A stretch of DNA of 64,000 nucleotides from Hyphomicrobium sp. GTDB taxonomy: Bacteria > Pseudomonadota > Alphaproteobacteria > Rhizobiales > Hyphomicrobiaceae. The notes under the pieces are model-generated. The model had not been told where the DNA came from, ran no database searches, and saw only the letters and a list, made by a program, of their open reading frames with translations. This document shows positions 50,084-58,702 of this stretch, piece after piece; the stretch's first letter is position 1, and each line of letters opens with the position of its first letter. The position numbers and the translations under genes are program-made. The DNA lies in NCBI GenBank assembly GCA_035687305.1, contig DASRYA010000181.1, positions 7,527 through 71,526 on the forward strand, in the 5' to 3' direction.

Positions 50084-50277
50084 CGTGACGGTGATGCGGT
50101 GCGCGCGAGCGTGCCGCGTTAGAGGGAACACGGTGAGGCCGGTTGGCCGAACCCGTGGCTGCGCCCGCAACTGTTAGCGGCGAGTGCTCTCCAACGTATG
50201 CCACTGGTGCCTCGAATGGGAACCGGGAAGGCTGGAGGGCGACGTTTGAGCCGTGAGCCAGGAGACCTGCCGGCACG
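50084..50277 (+). ncRNA. Cobalamin riboswitch
   Basis: AGAGGGAACACGGTG, CCGTGGCTGCGCCCGCAACTGT, GCCACTG..GGGAAGG, GAGCCAGGAGACCTGCC B12 box. Confidence 0.95.
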
Positions 50278-50527
50278 AGTCGTCCATCCCCTGTGCGGGC
50301 CGCGCAGTGGAACGGTCACCCGTAGTGACGACTGGGTTGCATCCTAAGGGGGCTACGTCCAGGCATGTCATTCTACGGTGTCATCTCCAGACACTAACCG
50401 GTCAACGGACTGAGCGGGTATGCCTGCGGCGCTGAACGCGCCGGAGCCGTTCGCGTACGTCCGTCCAACCTTTGCAGAGTGCGTCTCGGCGCAGTCCCCC
50501 CATCAGTACGTGTAACGGGGGTCTGTT

Positions 50528-52888
50528 GTGTATTTGCGTAAAGCGTTCGCCACGAAGGAAATCTCTCATCGCACTTTGGGCCTCGGTGCCCGCAGTGCCG
50601 CCGTCGGGTTGATGACGGCACTTTCAAGTGTCGCGGTGGCCCAGGAGGCGCCGCAGCCCGCTCCGGCTTCGGATGCGATGGCGCTTCCAGCCGTCGAAGT
50701 GACGGCGACGACGGCGAAGAAGAAGGTGGCGAAGAAGTCGGCGGCGAAAAAAGCTGCTTCCGCCGCGGCGGCACCGCTGCCGGGCCTGCCAACCTCCAGT
50801 GCGTCCAACAGCGCCTCTGCCGCCGGCACGGGTAGCACGAAGCCTGGACTCAATCTCGATACCCCCGCCGCGACGAGCAGCCGCCTCGGTCTGACGCCGC
50901 TCGAGACACCGGCGAGCGTCGAGGTGATCTCCGGCGACACGATCCGCGAGCGCGGACAAACGTCGGTCAACGAAGCCGTTACGCAGAACGCAACCGGATT
51001 TACCTCCAGCGCCGCACCGGGCAATGGCGGCAGCTCGCTCTCCGCACGCGGCTTTGTGGGGCATTCGTCCGTAATGCGCCTCTATGACGGAACGCGCCTC
51101 TATGCCGGCGCGGGAACCGTCACGTTTCCCTTCAACACATGGAACGCGGAACGCATCGAAGTCCTGCGCGGTCCCGCTTCCGTGCTCTACGGCGAGGGCG
51201 CCATCGGCGGCGTGATCAATGTCGTGCCCAAGAAGCCGACCGACTACTTCACGTCGGAAGGAGAGGTCGCGATCGGAACCGACGGCCAGCGGCGTTTCGG
51301 TGTGGGAGCGGGCGGACCGGCGTCGGACCGTCTTTCGTATCGCTTCGATATCGCGGGCGCGCAGGGTGACGGATGGAAATCGCCGAATGGAGAGTGGAGC
51401 GAACTGGCGATGTCCGGCGCCGTGAAGCTGAAAGCTGCGCCCGGCCTCACCTTCACGCTGTCCCACGACTACGGCGACCAGCACCCGATGCCCTACTTCG
51501 GCACACCGCTCGCCGCGAACGAGCGCAGGCCCGAACTCTTCCGCGACAAGAACTTCAACGTCGCCGACAGCAAGGTCGACTACATCGACAACTGGACGCA
51601 ATTCAAAACGGAATGGCAGGTCAACGAGACGGTCACGCTGCGCAACGTCGCGTACTACCTGACCACGGATCGCCACTGGCGCAACATCGAGCGCTATGCG
51701 TTCAACGCCAACACGGGGCGCATCGACCGGTCCGATTACCTGGAAATCTACCACGAGCAGGAGCAGCTCGGTAACCGCTTCGACGCCACGGTGAAGCACG
51801 ACATCCTCGGCATGAAGAACGACATCGTCGTGGGCTTCGACGTCAACCGGATCAAGTTCACCGGTATCAGCAATTCGCCCTATATCGGCTCCAGCAGCAT
51901 CGATCCGTGGAACTTCGATCCGGGGAGCTTCTACGATCCGGCCGGCCAGGCGCCGACGATCCCGCGCTCGTCCACGGAAACCTTCCAGTACGCGCTGTTT
52001 GCCGAGGATCGCCTCGCCCTGACCGATCAGCTCTCCATCGTCGGCGGCATTCGCTTCGAGCGGCCAACGATCGATCGGACCGATCTCATCAGCGGCGCGC
52101 GGGTTGACAAAGACTTCGCCGCCACGACATGGCGCGCCGGCGTCGTCTATACGCCGGTGGAAGGACTCGCGTTCTATGGCCAGTATGCAACGGGCATCGA
52201 CCCGCTCGGCAACCTCGTGACGCTGTCGCCGTCGGATGCGAAATTCGACCTCGCGACGGGGCGCCAGATCGAGGTCGGCGTGAAGCAGTCGTTCTGGGGT
52301 GGGCGCGGCGAGTGGACACTCGCCTTCTATGACATTGAAAAGCAAAACACGCTGACACCCGATCCCAACAAGCCCAACACCAGCTTGCAGATCGGACAGC
52401 AGTCTTCGCGTGGCGTCGAATTTTCAGCGGCCGCGCAGCTCACGGACACGTTGCGGGCGGAAGGCAACATCGCCGTGCTGGAGGCCCAATACGACGTGTT
52501 CAACACCGCGCCGAGGGTGGTCGGGGGCCAGGTCGTACAGCCGGGCGCGTCTTACGCGGGCAACGTGCCGACGAACGTTCCCGAGCAGGTTGCCAACGTC
52601 TGGCTGAAGTGGGCCTTCATGCCGCGGTGGGAGGCTTACGCGGGCGTGCGTTGGGTTGGGAAAACCTATAACGACAGCGCAAACCTGAGCTCCCGCCCCG
52701 ACTACTGGGTGGTGAATGCCGGCCTCAGCTATGCGGTGACCGACAACAGCACGCTCTCGCTGCGCGGCTACAATCTCTTCGACGAGATCTATGCCTACGG
52801 CGGCAGTGCCAACTCTGACGGCACGACGAGAAGCTGGAATCTCGCGCCGCCCCGTTCGGCCGAGCTCTCCTATCGCGTCCGGTTCTGA
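50528..52888 (+). CDS. TonB-dependent outer membrane receptor (B12-riboswitch-controlled)
   Basis: Signal peptide, TonB box LPAVEVTA, ETPASVEVI, ERIEVLRGPASVLYG..AIGGVIN, NLFD, terminal Phe. Confidence 0.93.
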   Translation: MYLRKAFATKEISHRTLGLGARSAAVGLMTALSSVAVAQEAPQPAPASDAMALPAVEVTATTAKKKVAKKSAAKKAASAAAAPLPGLPTSSASNSASAAGTGSTKPGLNLDTPAATSSRLGLTPLETPASVEVISGDTIRERGQTSVNEAVTQNATGFTSSAAPGNGGSSLSARGFVGHSSVMRLYDGTRLYAGAGTVTFPFNTWNAERIEVLRGPASVLYGEGAIGGVINVVPKKPTDYFTSEGEVAIGTDGQRRFGVGAGGPASDRLSYRFDIAGAQGDGWKSPNGEWSELAMSGAVKLKAAPGLTFTLSHDYGDQHPMPYFGTPLAANERRPELFRDKNFNVADSKVDYIDNWTQFKTEWQVNETVTLRNVAYYLTTDRHWRNIERYAFNANTGRIDRSDYLEIYHEQEQLGNRFDATVKHDILGMKNDIVVGFDVNRIKFTGISNSPYIGSSSIDPWNFDPGSFYDPAGQAPTIPRSSTETFQYALFAEDRLALTDQLSIVGGIRFERPTIDRTDLISGARVDKDFAATTWRAGVVYTPVEGLAFYGQYATGIDPLGNLVTLSPSDAKFDLATGRQIEVGVKQSFWGGRGEWTLAFYDIEKQNTLTPDPNKPNTSLQIGQQSSRGVEFSAAAQLTDTLRAEGNIAVLEAQYDVFNTAPRVVGGQVVQPGASYAGNVPTNVPEQVANVWLKWAFMPRWEAYAGVRWVGKTYNDSANLSSRPDYWVVNAGLSYAVTDNSTLSLRGYNLFDEIYAYGGSANSDGTTRSWNLAPPRSAELSYRVRF

Positions 52889-54402
52889 TGGGACGCCACG
52901 AAACCAATATCACGCTGCCGCCCGGAAAAGCATCGAGCGCCGAGCGGCGGTTCATGAAGGCGGGCAAGCAGTGGCTCTATTGGGGCCACCGCTGGCTCGG
53001 AATCATCACGTGCGTCTTGTGCGTGATGTGGTTCATCTCCGGCCTCGTCATGCTGTACGTGCCCTACCCTTCGTGGAAGGACGAGGAGCGCGTTGCAAAT
53101 CTGCCCGCGGTTGCGGCGGAGCGCGTGAGCATCACGCCCGACCAGGCTCTCGCCGCTGCCGGTATCCGCAGCTTTCCGGGCACGTTCCGCCTCGAGATGC
53201 TGGGCGCCGACCCGGTCTATCGCGTGGTGGCGGGGAAAGACCGTGCGGCCATTTCCGCGTCGACCGGTCAGCGCCTGGAGCACGTCACCCGCGAAGAGGC
53301 GCAGCGTCACCTCGAAGCGGTGTTTCCCAATGCGCCCGTGCATCGGGCAGAGACGATCGACTACGACCAGTGGACCGTGACCCGCCGTTACGATCCCTTC
53401 CGTCCCCTTTACAAGTTCTCGCTCGACGACGGGCGCGGCACGGACGTCTACGTTGCATCGACGACTGGCGAGATCGTGCAAAATGCGACGCGCAGCGAAC
53501 GCTTCTGGAACTGGCTGGGGGCGATTCCCCATTGGATCTATTTCTCGCCCATCCGGCGGGACCAGGAGATCTGGCGTCAGTCGGTGATGTGGCTATCGGG
53601 GCCGCTCACCATCGGTGCGATCACAGGGCTGTGGATCGGCATACTCCGTCTGCGCGTCCGGCGTCCCTATTCGCGCGGACGCATCACGCCCTATCGCGGC
53701 TGGATGAAATGGCATCACATCGGCGGCCTTGTCGGCGGGGTGTTCCTCACCGCGTGGATCGCGAGCGGCTGGCTGTCCGTCAATCCATTCCAGCTCTTCG
53801 CGCGCACGCCGGTTTCGGACGCCCAGCGCATAGCCTATGCGGGATGGACCGAGGGCAAAGATTATCAGATCACGCAGGCTGCCATTGCCGAGGCGGCCGG
53901 AGGAAGGGCCACCGACATCTCCTTCGTGTGGATCGCGGGAAAGCCTTACATTCTTGCGCGCAGCGCATCCGGCGTGCAGCTCGCCGATCCGCTATCGGGC
54001 CGGCCCATAGAGATCCCCGATGTGACGCTCGCCGGGGCGGCGCATGCCGCGTATCGCACGGCCAACGTCGTCGCTGTCGAGCGCCTGACGGAGGAGGAGA
54101 TCTACTGGTATTCGCACCATAACAAGCGGCCGCTGCCCGTGGTGAAGGTGCGGTTCGATGATCCATCCGCCACGTGGCTGTTCCTCGATCCTGCAACCGG
54201 CGCCATCGCCGGTTCGAGCAACCGCAGCGCGCGCACCTATCGCTGGATGTTCAACTTCGTGCACGACTACGATCTGCCGGTGCTACTGCGCAACCAGCCC
54301 GCCCGCGATATCATCGTCTGGCTGCTGTCGATCGCCGGGCTCGTCGTGTCCGTCTCGGGGATTGTCGTGGGATACCGTGTCTTGAAGCGTCGCTCGGCGT
54401 AG
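52888..54402 (+). CDS. PepSY-associated TM-helix membrane protein
   Basis: HRWLG, WFISG, DQWT, HWIYF, KWHHIGG, HDYD; start overlaps the receptor stop codon (TGATG). Confidence 0.85.
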   Translation: MGRHETNITLPPGKASSAERRFMKAGKQWLYWGHRWLGIITCVLCVMWFISGLVMLYVPYPSWKDEERVANLPAVAAERVSITPDQALAAAGIRSFPGTFRLEMLGADPVYRVVAGKDRAAISASTGQRLEHVTREEAQRHLEAVFPNAPVHRAETIDYDQWTVTRRYDPFRPLYKFSLDDGRGTDVYVASTTGEIVQNATRSERFWNWLGAIPHWIYFSPIRRDQEIWRQSVMWLSGPLTIGAITGLWIGILRLRVRRPYSRGRITPYRGWMKWHHIGGLVGGVFLTAWIASGWLSVNPFQLFARTPVSDAQRIAYAGWTEGKDYQITQAAIAEAAGGRATDISFVWIAGKPYILARSASGVQLADPLSGRPIEIPDVTLAGAAHAAYRTANVVAVERLTEEEIYWYSHHNKRPLPVVKVRFDDPSATWLFLDPATGAIAGSSNRSARTYRWMFNFVHDYDLPVLLRNQPARDIIVWLLSIAGLVVSVSGIVVGYRVLKRRSA

Positions 54403-54453
54403 ACGCGCGCGGCGCCGGGTGCGCCTACGGCACGGGCGGCCCGCCGCTCGCAT

Positions 54454-56184
54454 TCAATCGTTGAAGAAACGGCCTTCCTTTACCTCGGGGACATAACCGG
54501 CGCGGATGGCGAAGTCGCCGAAATGCTCGCCCTCCTGGCGTTCGCGCGCATAGTGGCCGAGCAGCGCGTCGAGCGTGGCGAGGATTTGCGGTTCGTCGGC
54601 GTCCTCGAGGTACATCTTGTTGAGGCGCTCGCCATGAAAGCCGCCGCCGAGGAAGAGATTATACTTCCCAGGTCCCCGTCCGGTGAGGCCGATCTCGGCG
54701 ATGTAGGGACGCGCGCAACCGTTGGGGCATCCCGTCATGCGGATGGTGATCGGCTCATCGGCGATCCCGTGCGCGGAGAGGATTTCCTCGATCCTCGTGA
54801 CGAGCTGCGGCAGGTAGCGCTCGCTCTCCGCCATCGCGAGCCCGCAGGTCGGCAGCGCAACGCATGCCATCGAATTGAGACGCAGAGCGCTGCCGCCGTG
54901 TAGCGCGTCGAGCCGATGCTCGCGCATCAGCTTCATGATGGCGCGCCGGCGCGCGGGTGTAACGTCCGCAATCATCAGGTTCTGGTTGGGCGTGAGGCGG
55001 AACATGCCGGTATGGACACGCGCAATCTCGCGCAGGCCGTCCATGATCGGCTGCTCGGGCGTATTGATGATGCGTCCGTTTTCGATGAAGAGCGTGCAAT
55101 ACCACAGGCCGTTCTCGCCCTTCGACCAGCCGATCGCGTCGCCGTTGGACGTGAAGCGATAGGGCTGCGCGGGCTGGAGCTGAAAGCCTGCACGCGCCTC
55201 GATCTCACCCTTGATCCAGTCCAGCCCCTTGTCGTCGATCGTGTATTTGAAGCGGGCGCGCGAGCGGTCGGCGCGGTTGCCGTAGTCGCGCTGCACCGAC
55301 ATGACCGCATCGATGGTGGGAAAGACCTGCTCGTTCGAGACGAAGCCGATCAGCGAGGCGAGACGCGGATAGGTGTGTGGCACCTTGTCGGTGCGGCCGA
55401 GCCCGCCGCCGATCACCACGTTGAAGCCTTTGAGCGCGCCGTTTTCCGCGATCGCGATGAAGCCGAGGTCCTGCGCATAGACGTCGATGTCGTTGATGGG
55501 CGGGATGACAAAGCCGATCTTGAACTTACGCGGCATGTATGTGGTGCCGTAGAACGGCTCCTCGGGGCCCTCGCGTGGCTCGCGCTCCTCCTCGTACCAG
55601 ATCTCCTTATAGGCGCCGGTCTTGGGGATCGCGTGATCGCTGGCGCGCTTTGCCAGCGCGGAAAGCTCCGCGTGCAGCTTCGAAAACTGCGGCGTGACCG
55701 AGCACATCACGCCGCGGGAATCATCGCCACACGCCGCCCGGGTGTCGAGCAGAACGTCGCGCAGGCCCTGCAGCGTGCGCTGCAGGTTCTGCTTCAGGAT
55801 GCGGTGGAACTGGAACGTCTGCCGCGTCGTCATCCGCAGCGTGCTCCCGCCGTAGGCGCGGGCGAGCGCATCGAGCTTGAGCCACTGCGCCGGGCTGCAA
55901 ACGCCCCCCGGCAGACGGACGCGCACCATGAAGGAGTACGCCGGCTCCATCTTTTTGCGCGCACGTTCACCGCGCACGTCGCGGTCATCCTGCTGGTAGA
56001 TGCCGTGAAACTTCATGAGCTTCGGACCGGTGCCCGGAACGGCGCCCGTCACGTGCTCTCGAAGGCCCTCGTGGATCTTTCCCCGCAGCTGGTCGCTGCC
56101 TGCCTTCAGCGCCTCGTCCGAGCTGAGCGTCTCCAGCGGCTGGGAAATGTCGTGACTGCGATCGGGAATATCATGGTGGGACAT
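54454..56184 (-). CDS. cysI: Sulfite reductase hemoprotein subunit
   Basis: KFHGIYQQDDRD, TTRQTFQFH, ACGD, PRKFK, ACVALPTCGLA and TGCPNGC siroheme/4Fe-4S motifs. Confidence 0.92.
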   Translation of the reverse strand: MSHHDIPDRSHDISQPLETLSSDEALKAGSDQLRGKIHEGLREHVTGAVPGTGPKLMKFHGIYQQDDRDVRGERARKKMEPAYSFMVRVRLPGGVCSPAQWLKLDALARAYGGSTLRMTTRQTFQFHRILKQNLQRTLQGLRDVLLDTRAACGDDSRGVMCSVTPQFSKLHAELSALAKRASDHAIPKTGAYKEIWYEEEREPREGPEEPFYGTTYMPRKFKIGFVIPPINDIDVYAQDLGFIAIAENGALKGFNVVIGGGLGRTDKVPHTYPRLASLIGFVSNEQVFPTIDAVMSVQRDYGNRADRSRARFKYTIDDKGLDWIKGEIEARAGFQLQPAQPYRFTSNGDAIGWSKGENGLWYCTLFIENGRIINTPEQPIMDGLREIARVHTGMFRLTPNQNLMIADVTPARRRAIMKLMREHRLDALHGGSALRLNSMACVALPTCGLAMAESERYLPQLVTRIEEILSAHGIADEPITIRMTGCPNGCARPYIAEIGLTGRGPGKYNLFLGGGFHGERLNKMYLEDADEPQILATLDALLGHYARERQEGEHFGDFAIRAGYVPEVKEGRFFND

Positions 56185-56319
56185 GGCGGCTCGGCGGAGA
56201 TGGATCAAACGGTCGGTGGATTATTGGCGCTGCAGTCGGCGGCTGGGACGTGACGTCTGCTGCAAGGGTCGGGGCGCACCCGTTACCCTTCCCCTTGCAC
56301 GATGTTAAACGTCGATTTT

Positions 56320-56336
56320 ATATCGTTATACGATAT
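56320..56336. promoter_or_regulatory. Perfect inverted repeat, candidate operator
   Basis: ATATCGT-TAT-ACGATAT in an AT-rich patch ~135 nt upstream of cysI. Confidence 0.5.
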
Positions 56337-56498
56337 TTACGTCGGCAGACGAATGGCGTCAATCCGCACCGAAGGGGCTGCGCGCTGCGCGATGTGCAGC
56401 GGCCGTGGACGAGATGCCCCCATCCATCGAAATGCCAGACGCACCGCGGGGCACGGAACATCTGTTCCTCCCGCGGTTACTCTCAATTTTCCCGCGGG

Positions 56499-56741
56499 TT
56501 ACCGCCGGGGCGTGGAGGGAAGGCCCGTCAGGACGATGAACGCGATCGCGGCACCGGCCTGGGCACCGCAAAACCCGTATGCTGCGATCGATATGAGCGG
56601 GTCTTCTTGCCCCTGCAGGATGGCTGCCGTCCCGGGCGAAAGATACGCCGCCACGACGGCACCGACGAAACCGACGGCTGCCGCCTCGATGATCGCCCGC
56701 ACAGCTTGGAACGCGATAATCGGTTGGTACATGGGCATCAT
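56499..56741 (-). CDS. Possible small two-TM membrane protein
   Basis: MMPMYQPIIAFQAVRAIIEAAAVGFVGAVVAAYL...GAAIAFIVL hydrophobic ORF; no family recognised. Confidence 0.4.
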   Translation of the reverse strand: MMPMYQPIIAFQAVRAIIEAAAVGFVGAVVAAYLSPGTAAILQGQEDPLISIAAYGFCGAQAGAAIAFIVLTGLPSTPRR

Positions 56742-56971
56742 CCGGCTCCGGTAACGGAGAACGGGCGGTGAGGTGCGATGTTCCGCTGGCAGCTGATCGC
56801 GACGACGCCGTGGGAAGGACGGCCTATGCCTTTGCTCCAGGCCGAGGTGCCCGCACGCACGCTCGAGCTTCGCGGGGAAGCTCGGCAGTTCACCGTAAAA
56901 GTCCGCGGTGTGCGCAAACCCGGCTAGAGCTTCACTGGAACTCCTCACCGGTCATCATGGCTGCGGCGCTG

Positions 56972-57223
56972 TCAATCCATCGTGATGGCGAACACCTTGT
57001 AGTCGCTCGTCAGCCGGAAGTCGTAGTTGCCGTCCTTGCACTTGACGTCCTCCGCTTCGAGCACGCCCGTGCCTTCCGTTTCCTTTTCGAACGTGCCGCC
57101 CTGGCACCCCCATGCGGAAACGGCATCCTTTATCTTTGCCGCCTCCTCATTGGAGGGCTTCTGATCGGCGAGGGCTGCGGTGGAAAGCAAACACGCTGCG
57201 AGGGCCAATAAGATCGCTTTCAT
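56972..57223 (-). CDS. Small secreted PepSY-domain protein
   Basis: RBS AGGAGG, signal peptide, GC..G..EKE....EAEDVKC.DG.YDFRL. Confidence 0.8.
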   Translation of the reverse strand: MKAILLALAACLLSTAALADQKPSNEEAAKIKDAVSAWGCQGGTFEKETEGTGVLEAEDVKCKDGNYDFRLTSDYKVFAITMD

Positions 57224-57253
57224 GGTGGTTCCTCCTGCCATCGATGGACCAAG

Positions 57254-57278
57254 AACAGGGGGCTTTGCCAGAAGTTCC
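57254..57278 (-). promoter_or_regulatory. Candidate EcfG (general stress ECF sigma) promoter
   Basis: Minus strand GGAAC-N16-TGTT versus consensus GGAAC-N16/17-CGTT, 30 nt upstream of the PepSY gene start. Confidence 0.55.
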
Positions 57279-57564
57279 CGAGCAGAGGCTTCGCGCCGAA
57301 ATATGCTTTCGGCAACTTCAATTGCTGCAATCCATTGTGCGACCACATCCATTCCTGAACGGGTGCAATCGATCTCTTCGCGCAGGTTGGCTGCCGACAC
57401 AAAGAGGGACAGCGATATCATCGCGAAAGACGAACGGTTAACCTGGCTCGCCAGCAACAGCGAAGCACCTGCGTTCGGAGCCGCGTTTGGGAACGGCAAT
57501 GACCGAACCGCACGCGGCGAGAGAAGACCGTCACTCCCTCGCCGCCGGCTCATTCGGCCATGCT

Positions 57565-58632
57565 TCAAACCGTCAGGCCCAACTCCAGCTGGCGCACCGC
57601 GTCGTTTCCCTGGGCGAGGTTGGATACGATCACCCCGAGAAGCCGCACGCCTTCCGGCATCGGGTAAGCTGTGCGCACGAGCGCCACGCTCAATTCCCGC
57701 AGTGCCGCCTGCGACGTCACCGGTAGGGGAAGCGTTTTGCTGCGGGTGATTATGCGGAACGAGGCGAACTTCACCTTTACGCTGACCGTGTGTCCGAAGC
57801 TCGCATGCTTCGCGCACCAACCCCACACCTCGTCCGCCATCTGGATGACCCCGGCCTCGATAGCCCGCGGCTCGACGAGATCGACGTCGAATGTCGTCTC
57901 GCTGCCCGACGATTTGCGGACACGGTTGGGCTCCACGGGCCGGTCGTCCTCTGCGCGCGCGATACCGTAATACCAGCGCGCCGACCGCCCGAAGTGCGCC
58001 TCGAGAAACGGCAACGGGCACGCGCGAAGATCCGCGCCCGTGTGAATGCCGAGCGCCTTCATCTTCTCCGCAGTCTTCGGCCCGACGCCGTGAAACCGCT
58101 CGACAGGCAGCCCTTCGACGAACCGCGGGCCCATTCCCGGTGTGACGACGAACTGCCCGTTCGGCTTGTTCTGGTCGGAGGCCAGCTTCGCCAGGAACTT
58201 GTTGTAGGACACACCGGCCGATGCCGTGAGACCGGTCTGCCCATGGATGCAGGCCCGAATCTGCAGCGCCACCTCCGAGGCCAAAGCGATCCCTTTCAGG
58301 TTGTCGGTGACATCGAGATACGCTTCGTCGAGCGACAGGGGCTCCACCAGCGGGGTATACGCGTGAAAGATCGCGCGGATCTCCTGCGATACCGCCCGGT
58401 AGACCTCGAACCGCGGCGGCACGAATATCAGCTCCGGGCAATTGCGCTGCGCGATGGCCGACGGCATCGCCGACCTCACGCCGAACTTGCGCGCCTCATA
58501 GCTCGCCGCCGCCACGACGCCGCGTTTGGCCGCATAGCCCACGGCCACGGCCTTGCCGCGCAGCGCGTGATTATCCCGCTGCTCGATGGACGCGAAGAAG
58601 GCGTCCATGTCGATGTGGATGATTTTGCGCAT
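57565..58632 (-). CDS. dinB: DNA polymerase IV
   Basis: HIDMDAFFASIE, ASYEAR, SLDEAYLD, KLASD..KPNG, GVGPKT. Confidence 0.95.
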   Translation of the reverse strand: MRKIIHIDMDAFFASIEQRDNHALRGKAVAVGYAAKRGVVAAASYEARKFGVRSAMPSAIAQRNCPELIFVPPRFEVYRAVSQEIRAIFHAYTPLVEPLSLDEAYLDVTDNLKGIALASEVALQIRACIHGQTGLTASAGVSYNKFLAKLASDQNKPNGQFVVTPGMGPRFVEGLPVERFHGVGPKTAEKMKALGIHTGADLRACPLPFLEAHFGRSARWYYGIARAEDDRPVEPNRVRKSSGSETTFDVDLVEPRAIEAGVIQMADEVWGWCAKHASFGHTVSVKVKFASFRIITRSKTLPLPVTSQAALRELSVALVRTAYPMPEGVRLLGVIVSNLAQGNDAVRQLELGLTV

Positions 58633-58702
58633 GCCGGGATCATATCTCGGCGCCATGGCCAATGGCGAGATGCCCCTTCATCCCGGCGCTCGCTTCGCAC
58701 AA

